From: Octopus bimaculoides | Taxonomy: Eukaryota | NCBI RefSeq assembly: GCF_001194135.2 | Contig: NC_069005.1 | Location: forward strand, 8,822,017-8,886,016 | Length of the DNA stretch: 64,000 bases | Direction: 5' to 3' | Part shown: piece after piece, positions 13,221-25,889 of the stretch | How the letters are laid out: each line of letters opens with the position of its first letter | Position numbering within the stretch: position 1 is the first letter of the stretch | The notes under the pieces: model-generated | What the model was told of the DNA's origin: nothing | Database searches by the model: none | Seen by the model: only the letters and a program-made list of their open reading frames with translations | Made by a program: the position numbers and the translations under genes

Positions 13221-13223
<3 letters not shown>

Positions 13224-14024
13224 AAAAGACAGAACCCAACCAGGCACTCGAGGTTAATGTCAACATAAGCTGTCTTGTTCAGAAAACTTGTTTTTATTAA
13301 TTGGAAATTGTGTTTTTGGAAAAACTACGACACAGGAGAAGGTTTGCTTCATTAAGGATGAACTGTTGGGTATCTTGGCCCAAGAGGCTTAAAATTAGTT
13401 CACATGATGATGATGATGATTTAGCATTTCCGTTCTTGTTGTGTGTGGCTTCCTACTGTATTCGTAACTACTGTCACACCAATCAAATCCACTTTCCACC
13501 AGCTAGCAAAAAAAAAAAAAAAAAANNNNNNNNNNNNNNNNNNNNNNNNNNNNNNNNNNNNNNNNNNNNNNNNNNNNNNNNNNNNNNNNNNNNNNNNNNN
13601 NNNNNNNNNNNNNNNNNNNNNNNNNNNNNTCACAAATTTACACACTTGGCTAACATTGCGACTGCTTCTGTTTTTATGTTATTGTTTCTCTGTTTGATGT
13701 GCCATTGTGCTTTAGGCAGGCTGGTAGATATTATATTAATTGCTTTTTTTTTTTTTTTTTCTCACACACATACCTTACGCCTGCCTATACAATGCTTTCC
13801 AACTTCTTCCCTTGTGTCGGATATCTCTTCCGTCAACTAACCTCTGTCAGTTGCAGTTTTTGCTGAGGAATTATTGGTGCCGCTTTGTTTGTAGAATTAG
13901 CTTTGTGCGCAGTCTCCTTCACCTGTGCTCCCTCCATTCACATACTTGTTGACTGCAGTCCTTATACTCGCATCAACCACTCTAACCCATGCTCTTCATC
14001 TTTTTCCTTTTTCGATTCTATTCT

Positions 14025-14390
14025 TTTATCCTTTTACTTGTTTCGGTCATTTGACTGTGGCCATGCTGGAGCACTGCCTTAAAGGGTTTTAGTCGAGGAA
14101 ATCAACCCCAAAACTTATTCTTCGTAAGCCTAGCATTTATTGCATTGGTCTCTGTTACCAACTTGCTAAGTTATAAGGACGTAAGCACACCACCAGCGGT
14201 TGTCAAATGATGATGGGGACACAGACACACACATTCGATGGTCTCCTTTCAGTTTCCATCTACCAAATTCACTCACAAGGCTTTGGTTGGCCAGAGGCTA
14301 TAGTAGAAGAAACTTACCTAAGGTGCCATGTGGTGGGACTGAACCTGGAACCATGAGAAGCCAGCTTCTTACCACACAGCCACACCTGCA
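14025..14390 (-). mobile_element. SINE family B, near full length
   Basis: Head (reverse complement) GTGGCTGTGTGGTAAGAAGCTGGCTTCTC..GGTTCAGTCCCACC; tail CAGTCAAATGACCGAAACAAGTAAAAG. Confidence 0.85.
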
Positions 14391-14759
14391 CCTTTTTTTA
14401 AAAATTTCTTTTAATCATTCCAGTTATTGGATAGTTTCAGTTGTTGTTCGGCACCAATTCAATCTTGATAGTGTAAGAAGTCTTATGATCTAAGGCAGTC
14501 CAGCCATGGCCATCATATTTTTTCTTTTGTTTTTACTATTTTTGAAATATATAGTGTTCTCCAAATTACATTATCAAATGTTTAAAAATGGCATGGTACA
14601 ATTTGAAGAAGATTTGGCTGCTATTTCTAAAAGATCTACTGATCACATAAAAGCCTCCCCGTCTCATTGGCTTTATTTAGTCACTAGGCTATAGTCATGT
14701 TGGAGCACTGCACTGCATTCAAGGATGTTAAGCCTTTTGTTACCATATTTCCGTTGATG

Positions 14760-14796
<37 letters not shown>

Positions 14797-14833
14797 CAAA
14801 AGTGAGGGGGTGTTTTCCACACAGGAAAAAATA

Positions 14834-14942
14834 TAGGCAAATTTGTTGTTGAAAATGCACCTAAATTTGAAAAACTTAAATTTATTTTAAACAATTACAA
14901 TTTTTTCAAATTTAGGTGTATTTTCAACAACAAATTTGCCTA
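14834..14942. repeat. 41-bp inverted repeat with 27-nt loop
   Basis: TAGGCAAATTTGTTGTTGAAAATGCACCTAAATTTGAAAAA pairs with TTTTTCAAATTTAGGTGTATTTTCAACAACAAATTTGCCTA; one non-Watson-Crick position. Confidence 0.9.
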
Positions 14943-15227
14943 CATATATATAGATATATATATATATATATCAATATAATTTTTGGGACTAATGTGTATA
15001 TATCAGTTAGTGTGTTGAGTAAAGCACATTTGCAGTTTGGGCTGTCTGGTGTCATCCATGGCTGGGAGTATATTTCCTCTGGATCTATTTCAGGAATTAT
15101 GCAGTGTTAGTTGAGATAATAATGATCAGTGAAGGAAATGGAAGCTAGATCGGTCAAAAGAATTGTCCTACTGAATAAAGACTAGTGCTAAATCTATCTT
15201 CCATTTCTTTCATCAATTAAATATCTA

Positions 15228-15261
<34 letters not shown>

Positions 15262-15453
15262 CATACACACACACACACTACCTTTGTTTCAGTTAACTTT
15301 GAAAATAATGAATTTGACTGTAACAAATCCTAGAAGTAAAATAATGTTGTTGATATTAGAAAGGCTTCCAGTTTCAGCACCAAGAAATGTTGACCAAAAT
15401 GAACACTGTTTTGTAACAGCAGTGAATGCATCATTCTGCTACAAGAATTGAAC

Positions 15454-15489
<36 letters not shown>

Positions 15490-16092
15490 GTGTGCGTGTA
15501 TATTTGTGTAAATGCAAGTGAATCTGCATATATAGATGAGTATATGTGTATGGAGAGTGTGTGGACATAGGAGTCCTTACAAGGGCATGTATGTAAAAAG
15601 AATGTACAGGTATGGCATAACACTTCGGCCAATACGTGCCTTCACTACGAAAACAAGCCAGGAATTGATGAATTACTGTTCTCTCGGGAGCAATATGCTG
15701 CATAGCATGTTGTGCTGGTTGCAGACAGCGTATGTCTAGTGATCTGTAGTTCAAGTTTGTAGCATGAACCATATTTTAATGCTGGAATGTTGAAAGGGCT
15801 AGCAGGCTGCAGATTCTGTGGAAATGATGGCTGAAAGGGTGCTGACTGTAAAAGCTGCCTGTGTTCTCTTAGGCTATCAGATTGTTAATAATGTTAGGTG
15901 TTCCTCTCTTGATAGGGCAGCATAGTAATTGCTGGCTGGTTGATAATTTAATTGATTAATTCAACTGTTGAATAAATTAAATGGTATGGGTGCATACCAC
16001 TGGTGTACTACAAGCAATGGGTCAAATTTTTTTCTGTTGAAAATCTATAACAATCTCTGATCTGAATACAAACAGACACACAGACATAAGAA

Positions 16093-16325
16093 GATGGTGA
16101 GCTGGCAGAAACGTTAGCACGCCGAGCGAAATGCTTAGTGGTATTTCATCTGCCGTTACGTTCTGAGTTCAAATTCTGCCGAGGTCGACTTTGCCTTTCA
16201 TCCTTTCGGGGTCGATAAATTAAGTACCAGTTATGCACCGGGGTCGATGTAATCGACTTAATCACTTTGTCTGTCCTTGTTTGTCCTCTCTATGTTTGGC
16301 CCCTTGTGGGAATAAAGAAATAAGA
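16093..16325 (+). mobile_element. SINE family A, well-preserved copy
   Basis: GGTGAGCTGGCAGAAACGTTAGCACGCCGAGCGAAATGCTTAG...TTCTGAGTTCAAATTCTGCCGAGGTCGACTTTGCCTTTCATCCTTTCGGGGTCGATAAATTAAGTACC; tRNA-like A and B boxes. Confidence 0.9.
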
Positions 16326-16348
16326 CATATCTATGCACACATGCATAT

Positions 16349-16390
<42 letters not shown>

Positions 16391-16466
16391 GCTTTTACCT
16401 CTGTTGGCAACCAATGGTATCTCTTTCTGAGTGAAAGGAAGATTTTATGATGGATGTACATGAACA

Positions 16467-16690
16467 GCGATGCTACATGGGAGAGAGATGTGGGCCTTGA
16501 ATGCAGAGGTTATGTGAAGGCTAGAGAAGAATGATACATGTATGCTCTGCTGGTTGTACAATGTCAGTGTACATGTGTGACAGAGTGCTAGTGTATTGAG
16601 AGAAAAGTTAGGCATAAGAAGAATTAGATGCAGTGTGCAAGAGAGAAGACCACACTGGTTTGGTCATGTGATGTGTATTGGATGTAGACA
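16467..16690 (+). mobile_element. RTE-clade LINE ORF2 C-terminal fragment
   Basis: Translates as MLHGRE.WALNAE.M*RLEKND..ML.WL.NVSVHV.QSASVLREKLGIRRIRCSVQERR..WFGHVM, typical of the RTE post-RT region. Confidence 0.75.
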
Positions 16691-16734
16691 GTCTGATCAA
16701 TGAAATTACTTCATGAGGAGTATATCAACTATAA

Positions 16735-16875
16735 AATGTCAGGAAGTGAGAATGTTGTAACTTAGTGTGCATGTGTGACAGGGTTCAAGGTCAATCTGTA
16801 CCAAACAACTTCGCTCTGAGTACTTAGTCTATTACCATATCAACATTCCTGATACTTTTTGATCGAGCTTCTTAT
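16735..16875 (-). mobile_element. Terminal fragment of the same mariner family as 1813-2350
   Basis: GAGAATGTTGTAACTTAGTG...TTACCATATCAACATTCCTGATACTTTTTGATC is homologous to 2225-2345. Confidence 0.65.
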
Positions 16876-17307
16876 GTATGTATATATAACGCATGCCAGC
16901 ATTGAAAATGGATGTTAAATGATGATGAGGATATATATATCTATAGTTGAAATTTACAGAAAAACAAAAGAAGACAGGTATAAAAACAAAAAGCAGGTGT
17001 ATTAGTTTGACGTTCAGGAAAGTGAGAAAGTCTTTTACATTTCGAGCCCCTACACTTTTCCACAGAAAGGAACACAAGGAAATAAACAGAGAGAGAATAN
17101 NNNNNNNNNNNNNNNNNNNNNNNNNNNNNNNNNNNNNNNNNNNNNNNNNNNNNNNNNNNNNNNNNNNNNNNNNNNNNNNNNNNNNNNNNNNNNNNNNNNN
17201 NNNNNNNNNNNNNNNNNNNNNNNNNNNNNNNNNNNNNNNNNNNNNNNNNNNNNNNNNNNNNNNNNNNNNNNNNNNNNNNNNNNNNNNNNNNNNNNNNNNN
17301 NNNNNNN

Positions 17308-17360
<53 letters not shown>

Positions 17361-17382
17361 CACACACATTTGCATGTATACA

Positions 17383-17620
17383 TGTGGAGATGCATTGCCT
17401 AATGGTAAGGATGTTGCACTCCTAATCACAAGATTGTGGTTTCCATTTCCTGGAGGGAGCAGGGTGTTGTATTTTTGATCAAAACTCTTCATTTGATGTT
17501 GCTCTGCGATCAGTTCGATGAGTGATGTGTGTGTCTGTACAGGTAATGTTGACATGATGGAGTGGGCTGAGCGAATGTACTACAGAAACACATGTGATCA
17601 CTGGAAACAAACCAGCTGTG
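17383..17620 (+). mobile_element. SINE family D (tRNA head plus CORE-like domain), degraded
   Basis: TGCCTAATGGTAAGG..TTGTGGTTTCCATTTCC..TGTTGTATTTTTGATCAAAACTCTTCATTT; related copies at 20088, 27825 and 41494. Confidence 0.55.
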
Positions 17621-17624
17621 CAGT

Positions 17625-18030
17625 TTGTTCATCATCATAACCATCAACACCACCACCACCACCACCACCACCACCACCACCATCATCATCATCATTATCA
17701 TCATCGTCACCATAACCGTTATCATCAGTCACCATCACCATCATCATCATCATCATAACTATCACCTTCATCAATCACAACCGTCATCGCCTTCATCACA
17801 ACCACCATCAACATCATTACAAGCATTATTATCACCACTATCATTATCATCATCATTTTCATCATCATCATCATAACCACCACCACCACCACCACAACCG
17901 TTATCATTTTCATCGTCATCACCTTCATCATCATAACTGTTTACATCATCCTTGTAACGACCACCATCATTTTCATTATCATCACCTTCATCGTCATTGT
18001 CATCATCATCATCATCATAACCATCATTTG
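17625..18030. repeat. Cryptic (CAT/CAC)n trinucleotide tract
   Basis: Directly visible. Confidence 0.9.
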
Positions 18031-18387
18031 TTACAGCTTCATTCAGGTGCCTTCGAGAACATTTTTAACCCCTCCTCCCCACCTTCACCCCATATTAATT
18101 GGCTCATATTCTCAGTTTTATTATTTTGTTACTGTTTTGTTTTCACAAGCGAGGTTTGGGAGTTGTAGTGTGTGTGTGTGTGCGCATGGGGCTAAATACT
18201 CTCTCCCACCACGACCCACCCCACCATTATCATGTTTACTAATTTGTTTGCTTCTCTAAATGGATTAGCGATGATTTACTTCCGTTCAAGTATTTTTTTT
18301 TCCCCCCTTTCATCTTTCCTTTCCTCCAAGCTGTACCAGTGACTTCTTACATCGACATCACCAAAAACATTGACAAGTGCAACTTCG

Positions 18388-18422
<35 letters not shown>

Positions 18423-18774
18423 ACACACACACATACACACACACACATACACACACACACACATATATATATATATATNNNNNNNNNNNNNNNNNNNNNN
18501 NNNNNNNNNNNNNNNNNNNNNNNNNNNNNNNNNNNNNNNNNNNNNNNNNNNNNNNNNNNNNNNNNNNNNNNNNNNNNNNNNNNNNNNNNNNNNNNNNNNN
18601 NNNNNNNNNNNNNNNNNNNNNNNNNNNNNNNNNNNNNNNNNNNNNNNNNNNNNNNNNNNNNNNNNNNNNNNNNNNNNNNNNNNNNNNNNNNNNNNNNNNN
18701 NNNNNTTTCTTTTATTTATTTATTTATCTATTTACTTATTTATTTATTTACTGTTATTGTTTGCTGTTGTTGTC

Positions 18775-18818
<44 letters not shown>

Positions 18819-19659
18819 TTTTTTGTTTGTTTCGAGAAAATGTCCTTATATTGTCAATGTTGTAATCGGGAGGAAAAATTTCTCAGAAGGAAACATGATG
18901 AGAAATGCAGAAACCGTTATACCTGCTACTCTGAGATAAGATTTACTGTTTTACGAAATAAATCCTCTCCCTCTGTGCCCGTCAAAGAAAGGAAAAAGGA
19001 AGCAAAAAAAAACCCCAAAAAAAGCAAGAAAAAATATAGTAAAGATATATTAACACTGTCATTCTTGTTGTTGTTGTTGTTGTAAGCTTTAGTATGTGTT
19101 CAGGTGAGGGTGGTGCTGACGCATATAGGAGCTTAGCTCTTTCTCCTTTCTTTCCTTCCCTGTCTGTATCTGTATGCTAGAGGCACCTTCCATTGTCGTT
19201 GCCTTGTTTGACATGTTTGGAAGGTGGAGAATGAAGAGAGAGAGAATTTCTAAAACAACATCAAAAGATCACTTTACAGCCATGTGGTTTCAGGTTCAAT
19301 CCCAATGCACAGCCTCTTGAGCATGCATCTTCTGCTTTAGCTTCCCCTTTACCCTGACTGACCAATGCCTAGTAAATGAAATTGGTAGACTGAAACTGAG
19401 TGGTGTTCTTCATTGCAAGACACTTTACCCAGGTGCGACACGGTGGAACTGAACCTAAAACCACACAGTTTGGATACAATCTTCACTGCACAGCAATGCA
19501 TGTGCCTAGTTGCCTAGTTAAGAAGCTCTCTTTACAATCATGAAGCTATGGATTCGGTTCCAGTGAGGGTACCTTGGACAAGTGTCTTCTACTATAATCC
19601 CATTTTGGCCAATGCCCTGTGAGTGAATTTGGTAGATTAAAACTGTGTGGAAGCTCATG

Positions 19660-19748
19660 ATATGCATATACTCCAGATTGTTAAACTGCTAAGCCACAGG
19701 GACATAAACAAACCATCACAGGGTTGTCAAACATTGGTGGGGGACAAA

Positions 19749-19781
<33 letters not shown>

Positions 19782-19788
19782 CGTAGAT

Positions 19789-19845
<57 letters not shown>

Positions 19846-20005
19846 AACGATGGGCTTCTTTCAGTTTCTGTCTACTAAATCCATTCACAAGGCTGTGGTT
19901 GGTCAGAGGCTTTAGTACAAGACACTTGCCCAAGGTGCCATGAAATGGGACTGAACTTGAAACAATGTGGTTGGGAAGCAATCTTCTTACCACACAACCA
20001 TGCAC
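19660..20005 (-). mobile_element. SINE family B, near full length with internal (CA)n
   Basis: Same head, GTGAATGGATTTAGTAGACAGAAACTGAAAGAAGCCCATCG body and tail as 23001-23400. Confidence 0.8.
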
Positions 20006-20017
20006 ATGCCTATATAC

Positions 20018-20061
<44 letters not shown>

Positions 20062-20087
20062 TATGTTTGAAGGTGTGTGGCCTAGTG

Positions 20088-20330
20088 GTTAGGCTGTTGC
20101 ATTACTGATTGCTAGATCATGGGTTCAGTTCCCTGAGTGGGTGGCACATTGTGTTCTTGAGCAAAACACTTCATTTCACAATGTTCCAGTCCTCCTTTCA
20201 ATCTGCAGGGAATGTTAGCTTCCTCAGCTAGCCAGTGGGGTGGTGTTATTTGAAGGCTAAAACAATGAAAAAGCACATTGTGACCAGCGATGTGTGACAG
20301 CCTGGTCGATCACATGGTCAGATGTGATAT
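20088..20330 (+). mobile_element. SINE family D (CORE-like)
   Basis: GTGTGGCCTAGTGGTTAGG...CATGGGTTCAGTTCCC...TTGTGTTCTTGAGCAAAACACTTCATTTCAC. Confidence 0.75.
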
Positions 20331-20484
20331 ATATGTATGTATATAATAGTCGTTTTTCAGTTTCTATTTATCAGATACACTCACAACACTTTGGCCGACT
20401 CAAGGCTATACTAGAAGGCAATTGATCATGGTGCTGAACAGTGAAATTGAACACGAGGCTATACATTAGGTAGCAAGCTTCTCA

Positions 20485-20520
<36 letters not shown>

Positions 20521-21048
20521 CATGCATACAGGCACTCATATAACGACAGAGGAAGGAAATCACGTTTGCAATGATATATCAGTTCTGCCGAGATGATGGA
20601 ATATAAAAAAAAAAGAAAAGAAAAAAAAAGAACTGTGCAAATTTACTTTGTACTAATTAGCTTTGTTTTTTATTGCCAAATTCTGATTCAATCCAACATG
20701 TAATTTCTACGTCGTTAAATATTAGATGTTCCTCAGCCAGTGGTCTGGCCAGATATAGTATTCTTAATTTTTGTGAAATTAACTGTATTTATTAATTTAA
20801 TTTTTTTATATATCATTTATTGTGTGTGTGTGTGTGTGCACGTGTATATGTGTGTGTGTATATATATGTGTGTGTATGTATGTATATATATGTATTGGAT
20901 GTTATTATTTTTTGGCAAATGACACGTTGATTCAATATTTCTATTTGACTTGTTCCATTTGGTTCTATCTAAAGCACTCACTGATTCAGAAATCTGATGT
21001 TTATGGATGTATACATACATGTGTACATGCATGTATATGTGTGTGTTC

Positions 21049-21108
<60 letters not shown>

Positions 21109-21322
21109 GTTCAGACATATATATAACCATATATTTATATACATACCTGTATATCTCAGCATATACAAAAAATAATTATATACATTTATCTGTATATGTA
21201 TGTATGTATAAATGTATATGTCTCTGCATATATGTCTTCTGCATGTACCATCATCATGTGTGTGTGTGTATATATATATATATGTATGTGGACTTCTTTA
21301 TTTATGTATGTGTGTGTATATA

Positions 21323-21422
<100 letters not shown>

Positions 21423-22037
21423 TGTGTATATACATGTATGTATATATATGTACATGCATACATATATGTATGTGTGTATACATGCATATGTAGATGTATA
21501 TATGTATATTTATTTGCTTTTATGCATTTTTTTCTTCTTGTTTGTTTATCAACACATTTACCGTTGTCAGCTTAACAACAGGAAATTAAACTGAAAGCTT
21601 TGTGTGCATATGTGTATGCATATGCGTATGTGTGCACCATGTGCATATATGCACACCAGTTAGTATATGTATCTGTGAATACGTAAGTAACTAGTAGTGG
21701 TAGTGATGGTGGCTGGTTGGGTGGTTGTTTGATTGCTGTAGTAGTGGCAGCAATGTTTGAGACAATGTATAATGTTTGCAGGCCTTGCAAGAACACTGAT
21801 GGATATCAAACTTCTGAGCTGCAGTTGTCAATTCACATCATCTGCATTTCCACTGAAATCTCCTCTGACTCTTTATATATATATATATATNNNNNNNNNN
21901 NNNNNNNNNNNNNNNNNNNNNNNNNNNNNNNNNNNNNNNNNNNNNNNNNNNNNNNNNNNNNNNNNNNNNNNNNNNNNNNNNNNNNNNNNNNNNNNNNNNN
22001 NNNNNNNNNNNNNNNNNNNNNNNNNNNNNNNNNNNNN

Positions 22038-22104
22038 ATATTGCCAGTTTAGCCAATAAAAACACACGCACTGCGTGTGTTTTTATTGGCTAAACTGGCA
22101 ATAT
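22038..22104. repeat. Perfect 33-bp palindrome (1-nt spacer) at a contig edge
   Basis: ATATTGCCAGTTTAGCCAATAAAAACACACGCA-C-TGCGTGTGTTTTTATTGGCTAAACTGGCAATAT. Confidence 0.9.
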
Positions 22105-22266
22105 GACCATCCCCAGGTACAACAATATATATATATATACATATATATATATCTATCTATATGTATATATATGTATGTATATGTATATATATGTATGTAT
22201 ATGTATATATATGTATGTATATATATATATATATACATATATATCTATATGTATATATATATATAC

Positions 22267-22350
<84 letters not shown>

Positions 22351-23000
22351 GAAATCGTTTTACATCCACTTTTTCCTGCTGGCCTCAGCTGAATGGCTTG
22401 AGTCGGTTTTATTCAGAGTTACTACTGTCTTCACTGGTTTGGAAAGGTATATCATTATTATTATCATTGTTATCTTCAATTAGCATTCACTTTTCCAATG
22501 CTGGCATGGGTCAGATGGAATTTATTGAGGCAGATTTTTCTACAGCATTTCGCCAATCCTTGTTCGTTCCCATGCAAGATCATATTTTCCTATGACCAGG
22601 CATGTCTTTTACACAGAGGATTATGAACAAACACTCTTATTTGTACGACATGATGCTCATGTACAACCATCATGTAATGTTTTGACTACGGTATATGCAG
22701 GCAAAGACATGCACAGAACTGAACATGTACATAAGTATGTGTATATATCAAATGAGCTTCGTTCAGTTTCTGAATATGAAATCCTCTTGCAGGGTTTTGT
22801 TGGTCCTGGGGCTATAGTTGAAGAAACTTGCCCAAGGTGGATTTGTGTGGTTTAAGAAGTTTGATTGAGGATCACATGCTTTTGAGTTTGGTTCCATTGT
22901 ATGACACCTTGGACAAGTTTCTTTTAATACTTGGTGTGGTGATATTTGGTAGATGGAAACTACATAAAAGCCCGGTATATATATATATATATATATATAT

Positions 23001-23397
23001 CTTTTACTCTTTTACTTGTTTCAGTCATTTGACTGCGGCCATGCTGGAGCACCGCCTTTAGTCAAGAAAATCGATCCTGGGACTTAATCTTTGTAAACCT
23101 AGTACTTATTCTATCGGTCTCTTTTTGCTGAACCGCTAAGTTACGGGGACGTAAGCACACCAGCATCGGTTGTCAAGCGATGGTGGGGGGACAAGCACAG
23201 ACATACACACACACATATATACAAATATACATATATACGACGGGCTTCTTTCAGTTTCCGTCTACCAAATCCACTCACAAGGCTTTGGTCAGCCCAAGGC
23301 TATAGTAGAAGACACTTACCCAAGGTGCCGCGCAGTGGGATGAGCCCGGAACCATGTGGTTCGTAAGCAAGCTACTTACAACACAGCCACTCCTGCA

Positions 23398-23400
<3 letters not shown>
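23001..23400 (-). mobile_element. SINE family B, best-preserved copy
   Basis: Reverse complement: GGTGCAGGAGTGGCTGTGTTGTAAGTAGCTTGCTTACGAACCACATGGTTCCGGGCTCATCCCACTGCGCGGCACCTTGGGTAAGTGTCTTCTACTATAGCC...GTGAGTGGATTTGGTAGACGGAAACTGAAAGAAGCCCGTCG...CAGTCAAATGACTGAAACAAGTAAAAGAGTAAAAG. Confidence 0.9.
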
Positions 23401-23438
<38 letters not shown>

Positions 23439-24135
23439 GATGCTCTATTCTTCTTGAACAGAAGTAGCAAAGTAGACTTAGAAAGGCATAAGAAACAATT
23501 GTTGAGACCTTTTAAGATCTTCGGACTCAGCATCACTATAGAAAAAGATTACCGTTGAGTAGATTTCCTTGACACTACATTCTGTCTTGATACTAGATTA
23601 TATGAACCCTTGCATAAACCAACTGATAATATTAAGTATATAAATGTAGCATCCAACCATCCACCCTCAATAATACGGGGATTAGTTTGGAATATTCCAA
23701 TATGAATATCTAGGTTATCTGCTAATAAAGAAATTTTTGAATCACATGCACCATATTACAATACTGCTTTAGCTAGGGCTGGTTACTGAGAGAAAATTCA
23801 ATACATACAAGACACAGGTATGCACAGCTCTGTCAATTCCTCCACTAATAATGCACATTACACACCAACACAATGTTACAGTAAGCGAACAAACTCTGAT
23901 GGAAAATACAGGTCAAAAAGAATTGGTCAAGGCAAAAAAAACTATGAACCAAAGCTCATACATACACACAACGTGATAATACCCCTGCTCATAACACAAT
24001 GAATTATCCCAACCCTGTACAACACACCAGAACAAATAAGCCAAGAGACAAATATAAGAATCATGGTTCACATTTTTCAACGAAGATTGTTTGGGAATTT
24101 TTTGCCACTTTAGACAAATGTTTTCTGAAATCTAA
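23439..24135 (+). mobile_element. Penelope-like element RT/thumb fragment
   Basis: One frame with three TGA stops: DALFFLNRSSKVDLERHKKQLLRPFKIFGLSITIE..*VDFLDTTFCLDTRLYEPLHKPTDNIKYINVASNHPPSIIRG..*ISRLSANKEIF...Y..ALARAGY*. The FLD and SNHPP motifs are typical of PLE RTs. Confidence 0.85.
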
Positions 24136-24419
24136 TAGATACCATGCTATTTTTAATTGACACACAGTGAAGGTATCAAATTGCTAAGTCTATTAGTTTA
24201 GAGCAGCATATGCACTGCATTAATAACAGTAAAATGGACATGATGTGTGTGTGCAACATGCACACGTGTGTGTATGCACTTGAGAATATCTTATATATTC
24301 ATGTGTGTATAAATGTGCTTCTGCTTAATTTTATATATGTATGTGAGGGAGGAAACTGTCAGAGTTGGACGAGAAGGAATTAAGTAGATTTACATAAAAA
24401 TTACTTGGATTGAGCTGGT

Positions 24420-24900
24420 TGTATTGTTTTACTCAATAATGAAACATCACGACTACAAAGAACGATATAGAAGCCTGATGACACAGGCAAAGATGTGGGC
24501 TTAAAGACAGACATTAATAAATGTAAAATTATGAAGATGAAGCGAGTGGATAGAAGAATTGGGTCATTAAATGGGCACATAGAAGAAGAGTGGAATAAGT
24601 TTAAATGTCTTGGAACTTTTATAGGAAGTGATGGGTCTTTAGAAACTGTATTTAATGAAAGAGTTGGGAAGGCAAATGAAGTAATGTGAATGCTTTCTAA
24701 TGTGTGAAAATCACACAGAATTAGCTATTCATAGGAAAATTGAACTGTGTATGTCACTAGTAAGAAGTATTTAAATGTATGGAAGAGTTATTGCATAAAT
24801 TCAAGCTATGGTTAATCATCTCAGCTTTGAAAATAAAGTGTTACAAAGAACCTTGAGGATCAAATGGTATGATTTTGTGAGAAACGAAGTGGTTGAAGGC
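24420..24900 (+). mobile_element. RTE-like LINE reverse transcriptase C-terminal fragment
   Basis: GKDVGLKTDINKCKIMK...LNGHIEEEWNKFKCLGTFIGSDGSLETVFNERVGKAN, followed later by FENKVLQRTLRIKWYDFVRNE. Confidence 0.75.
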
Positions 24901-25889
24901 GTAATGAAATTAGCAGATATATAGATGAAGAAATAATAAAGAGTTGATGATGATGACGATGATGGCTGGGTCGCATACTTTGCTGCCAGCCTGAAGGGCT
25001 GGTTAATACGTTGAACCATAAAAATGGACAGGCAAAGGAACTGGATGTGAAGAAAGGCCTTGGCTTATTTCGTTGGAAAACAATGTGGAAAGAATGAAGT
25101 GATTCTGTGACTGAACCGAAGCTTGAACAGAAGAACAGTAGAGGTAGAGCCGGCGGGAGTATTTGGAACTTGTTTTGCTTCAAATGATTTTAAGGTAATA
25201 ACTAATTATCATCATCATCATCATCATCATCAGTGTTTAATGTCCATTTTTCCATGCTTGCGTGGGTCAGATGGGATTTGCTAAGGCAAATTTTCTACGG
25301 CTGCATGCCCTTCCCAACGCCAACCCTTCCCATTTTCTGAGTTATGGTAATATTTCCACTTGATCAGACACGAGTGAAAATGAATGGACATTGCTTACAT
25401 AATGGTGACACTCACATATAACACATAATTTCAAGGCAAGGAGAGAGTAACATGCACGTGAACGCCCCTCCCCCCACACACACGTAAATATGCCAAAACA
25501 GACACAGAAGTCTGGTGCAGGCTCCTGCCTGGCCAGCTCCTGTCAAACCATCCAACTCATGCCATCATGGAAGGCAGACATTAAATGATAATGTTTATGA
25601 TGATTTGTAATTATATGAAACGCTTCTTTCAGTTTCTATGTGCCAAAGCCACTTTCACACATGTAAGCACAGGCAAGGACAACCAAATTCATAGCTACTG
25701 ATTAATTTCTATCTCTTGGCACAAGCATGGCTCTGTGGTGAGAAGTTTTCTTCACCACCACATGGTTTGGGGTTCAGTTCCACAGCATGGTACTTTGGGC
25801 ATATGTCTTCTACTATAATCCATGACCAACCAAATCTTTGTTAGTGGATTTGGTTGACAGAGACTGTAAGGAGCCCATTGTGTATATAG

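Noticed and set aside
15620-15660. GTGAAGGC..GGCCGAAG (minus strand) as a decayed hammerhead
   Set aside because: Both core segments are non-canonical, so the match is unsupported.
18369-18379. TTGACAAGTG shared with 57171-57180 as a composite TF site or miR-92-like match
   Set aside because: A 10-mer recurrence is expected by chance, the core TGACAAGTG also occurs inside a SINE (~37078), and the miR-92 seed match is imperfect.
19180-19225. 43-nt candidate exon after a polypyrimidine tract
   Set aside because: Weak donor (GTGGAG) and no recognisable peptide.
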